DNA from: an uncultured bacterium
Lineage (GTDB): Bacteria > Chloroflexota > UBA5177 > JANWHV01
Reading direction: 5' to 3'
DNA length: 64,000 nt
Assembly: GCA_963729625.1 (NCBI GenBank)
Contig: CAVSOU010000008.1
Span: 970,106 to 1,034,105, forward strand
This document shows, piece after piece, positions 61,134-64,000 of this stretch. The notes below the pieces were generated by a model that saw only the letters and a list, made by a program, of their open reading frames with translations, did no database searches and was not told the DNA's origin. Position 1 is the stretch's first letter. Each line of letters starts with the position of its first letter. A program made the position numbers and the translations under genes.

Positions 61134-63690
61134 TCAGCGTTTGCGCACGATGACCGTCGCGCTCGCGCTCACCGCCACGAAGTCCCGCCTGTCGCTGGGC
61201 GTGAACGTCACTCGCAGCGTGTGGGTCCCCGCCGCCAGCTTGGTCCCCGCCGGCGGACTGTACCGGTAGGTGCCCATGAGCGCAGAGCCCTTGAAGCTGG
61301 CCCGGGCATTGAGCTGACCGCTGCTCAGCGGCGTGCCCGCCGTGATCACGAACTGCTTCGCCCACCGGATGCTCGGCTTGGCCTTGGCAATGCCGAACGT
61401 CACCGGCGGCACGGTCACTCCGGCATAGTTCCTCGTGCCCGGCTGCGTGGCGGACACGGTGCACGTGCCCGCTCCCGTCAGCAGGAGGATATCGCCGCCG
61501 CTCCCACCTACCCGGCAGGTGCCCCGCGCCGCGTACCGCGTCACCGTCCGCGCCGCGTTCCCGCTCACGCCAAGCTTGAACGAGGCGTCACCATAGGTCC
61601 GATTGGGAAGATGGGTGAGCACCACGCGCGGGACCGCCTGCAGCACGGTGATGGTCGTGGACACGGCCACCTGCATCCAGTCGGCACCACTCGCCGGGAT
61701 GAAGATGGCGCGCAGGACCTGGTTGGCTCCTGTCTGCAGCAGGCTCCCGGCCGACGGTGCGTAGCGGAAGACGCCGGCCACCGGCGACCGCGCGTCGAGC
61801 TGGGCCGCGCCCAGCCGCGTGCCGTAGCGGATGGCCGCCGGCTTGGCCCACGACACCGCCGGCACGCCACGCTCGATCGTGAACGTCTCCGAGACGGGCA
61901 GTGCGGCGGCATAGGCGGCGTTGCCCTCCTGAGCGGCCCGCACGGTGCAGGCGCCGGCCCCGGTCAGGCTGATCGTGCTCCCGCTGACGCCGGTCGCGGT
62001 GCAGGTGCCGGACGTCTGCAAGGTCACCGGGTTGCCCGAGCCGCCGCCCACCGCCAGTAGGGTGAAGGGCGGGTCGCCATACCGGTGCGTGGGGATGACC
62101 GGCAGCGCGATCACCTGCGCGACCAGCGGCACCGCCGTCCACGTCGGTACTACCGTCGCCGTCGGCGCGGCGCTGCTGGTGGCGGTGGCCGTCGCCGTGC
62201 CGGTAGCCGTCACCGTGGCCGTGGGCACCGGTGGTACGGGCGGCGTGAGCACCCACTTGAAGTATGGGTAGCTCTGCGCGTCGTTGATGTTCCAGGTCGC
62301 CGTCAAGTCCCACCCGGCAGCGACATAGGTGGCTTTGGCAGTCATGTCGCTCGTGTGGTCGCCGATGCCGATGCTGCCGTAGGCGCAGCCGCACAGGCTG
62401 AAGTCGAAGAAGCTGGGCACCGGGCCGTCCGCGTAGGCGTGGGCGTCCTTGCTGCCAATCAGGCCGCCCACGACGTCGGTAGGATCAGCCCCCGTGACCG
62501 CGCCGGCGCTGTACGTCTCGTTGATGGACCCGCTGAACGTCTCGGTGATGGACGACTGCATGATTAGGAGATAGCCCTCTTGCCCCACCAGTCCGCCGAT
62601 GTTGGAGTGCGTGCCGCCGGTCACAGTGCCGACGTGATAGGACCTGCTGATGGCGCCGAACGAGGAGCCCACGAGACCGCCCACATCTGCGGAGTCGGCC
62701 GTGTCGCTGACGGCGCCTGTATCGTATGACTGGCTTATCGAGGACTCGCTGCTGAAGGCGTAGCTCTCGCCGATAAGCCCGCCGGCGGAATCCGCCGTGG
62801 CCCTGGCCGGTCACCGCGCCCGTGTTGTACGAGCGGGACACCGACGTGCCGGCCTCCGCATAACCGGCCAGGCCGCCGACGAGCGAGGGGCTGCCGCTAC
62901 CGGTGACCGCACCTGTGTTGTAGTCCTGGTCCATGGATCCGGCCTTCAGATTCCCGACCAGGCCGCCGACATCGTTGCCGCCGCCCGTGACCGGGCCGGT
63001 ATTGTAGGACTGGGTGATGGCCCCACCTATGCTCTCGCCCGTGAGGCCGCCCACGTACGACCCGGTGCCGGCGTCGGTGACGGCGGCCGCGTTGTGGCAC
63101 CCGGTTATCGTGCCGCCCTGCTCGTTGAAGCCGATCAAGCCGCCTGCGTACGATCCCGTCGAGGCGCTGACGCTGCCGGCGACGTCGACCCCGCTCACAG
63201 AACCGAGGCTGAAGCCGGCCAGACCGCCGACCTGCGCGTTCCTGCCGCTGGCGACCGAAACCCGGCTCAGGTGGAAGTTCTCGACCGTCGCACCCGCGCC
63301 GATAACGCCGAAGAGCCCGATCGGCCCGGGAATGCCGACGGCAATGGTCAGGTTCGCGATCGTGTGGCCCTGCCCGTCGAACGTCCCGGTAAAGGGTGCG
63401 GAGGTGTGCCCCACGGGGGCGAATGGCGCACCGAGCGTCGCGAGGTCGATGTCATTCTGCAGGCAGTAGGAGCCTGCCAGCGTCGCGGCACTCTGGCCGA
63501 TGGCCTGGAACTGCTGCGCCGTGCTCACCGACGTGCAGGCAACCGCCTCGCGCGCGCCCGGCACGGACGCCCGAGCGGGCGGGACCTGCGATAGCACGCT
63601 CAGCACCAAGGCTCCGGCCGCGCCGGTACGGATGAATCGCCGCAGGGAACGCGCTGCTCGTGGACCGTGTGGGTTCGCTCGGTCGTTCAT
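61134..63690 (-). pseudogene. Tandem GLUG-motif paralog, frameshift near 62790
   Basis: ORF 62485..63711 (start 63690) joins ORF 61134..62684 after one extra base in ggcggattccgcc; collinear with 58481..60991. Confidence 0.82.
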
Positions 63691-64000
63691 CTGCCCCTCC
63701 GCTCTGCACACTGTAGGAGTGCCATGCTCCGGCTGCCAGGAACGGTGCGGCCACGTATGCAGGTCCGCGTAATACAGCCCCGATGGCGCCGCGGCGATCG
63801 TGCACCTGCGGCCTGCACCGGCCGCCGGCAGCAGCGCTTATCCGGCCAACGGGTCTCATAACCACGCTGATTCCAGCAGGCAACCGCGCTCACCCCAAGC
63901 GTACACCGGGTGTCAACACCCACCCAGGGCAACGGCGTTCTACCTTCAGGCAGCAGTGCTGCGTTGCGCACAAGGGCATTGCCGCGCCGCGAGACATGCG

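Noticed and set aside
58472-61153. 893-aa + strand ORF and similar long antisense ORFs (e.g. 33643..35127, 35209..36720, 39377..40684)
   Set aside because: Arg/Gly/Ala-rich shadow frames opposite well-supported genes in high-GC DNA.

Overview
High-GC bacterial DNA; the PTAT-rich linkers, Uma2 gene and gene families suggest Chloroflexota (inference only). There are no housekeeping genes. Positions ~1-57,840 look like a decaying accessory island, bounded on the right by a 3' fragment of tRNA-Gly(CCC) that resembles an att site. It is packed with secreted or membrane proteins built from shuffled modules (NHL, BNR/Ycf48, Vgb and PD40 propellers, jelly-roll and Ig-like modules, papain-like and C39-like peptidase domains, GH3, DUF3160, zinc ribbons). 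It also carries two sets of SARP/BTAD regulator + Hanks Ser/Thr kinase + FHA-FHA-ABC exporter. The strongest signal is non-coding: 11 copies of one promoter-like element, CCTAAYG-N4-CCTAAYG-N6-(T/C)GC-TANRNT, with invariant spacing, each pointing into a gene or operon. This matches SARP (AfsR/DnrI-type) operator geometry and suggests a kinase-linked cell-surface/secretion regulon. IS3, IS1380, an ISAzo13 fragment, a RelE/ParE-type toxin-antitoxin pair and many frameshifts are also present. Two tandem GLUG-motif surface protein paralogs lie to the right of the tRNA fragment. All domain calls are by eye from motifs; no searches were run.
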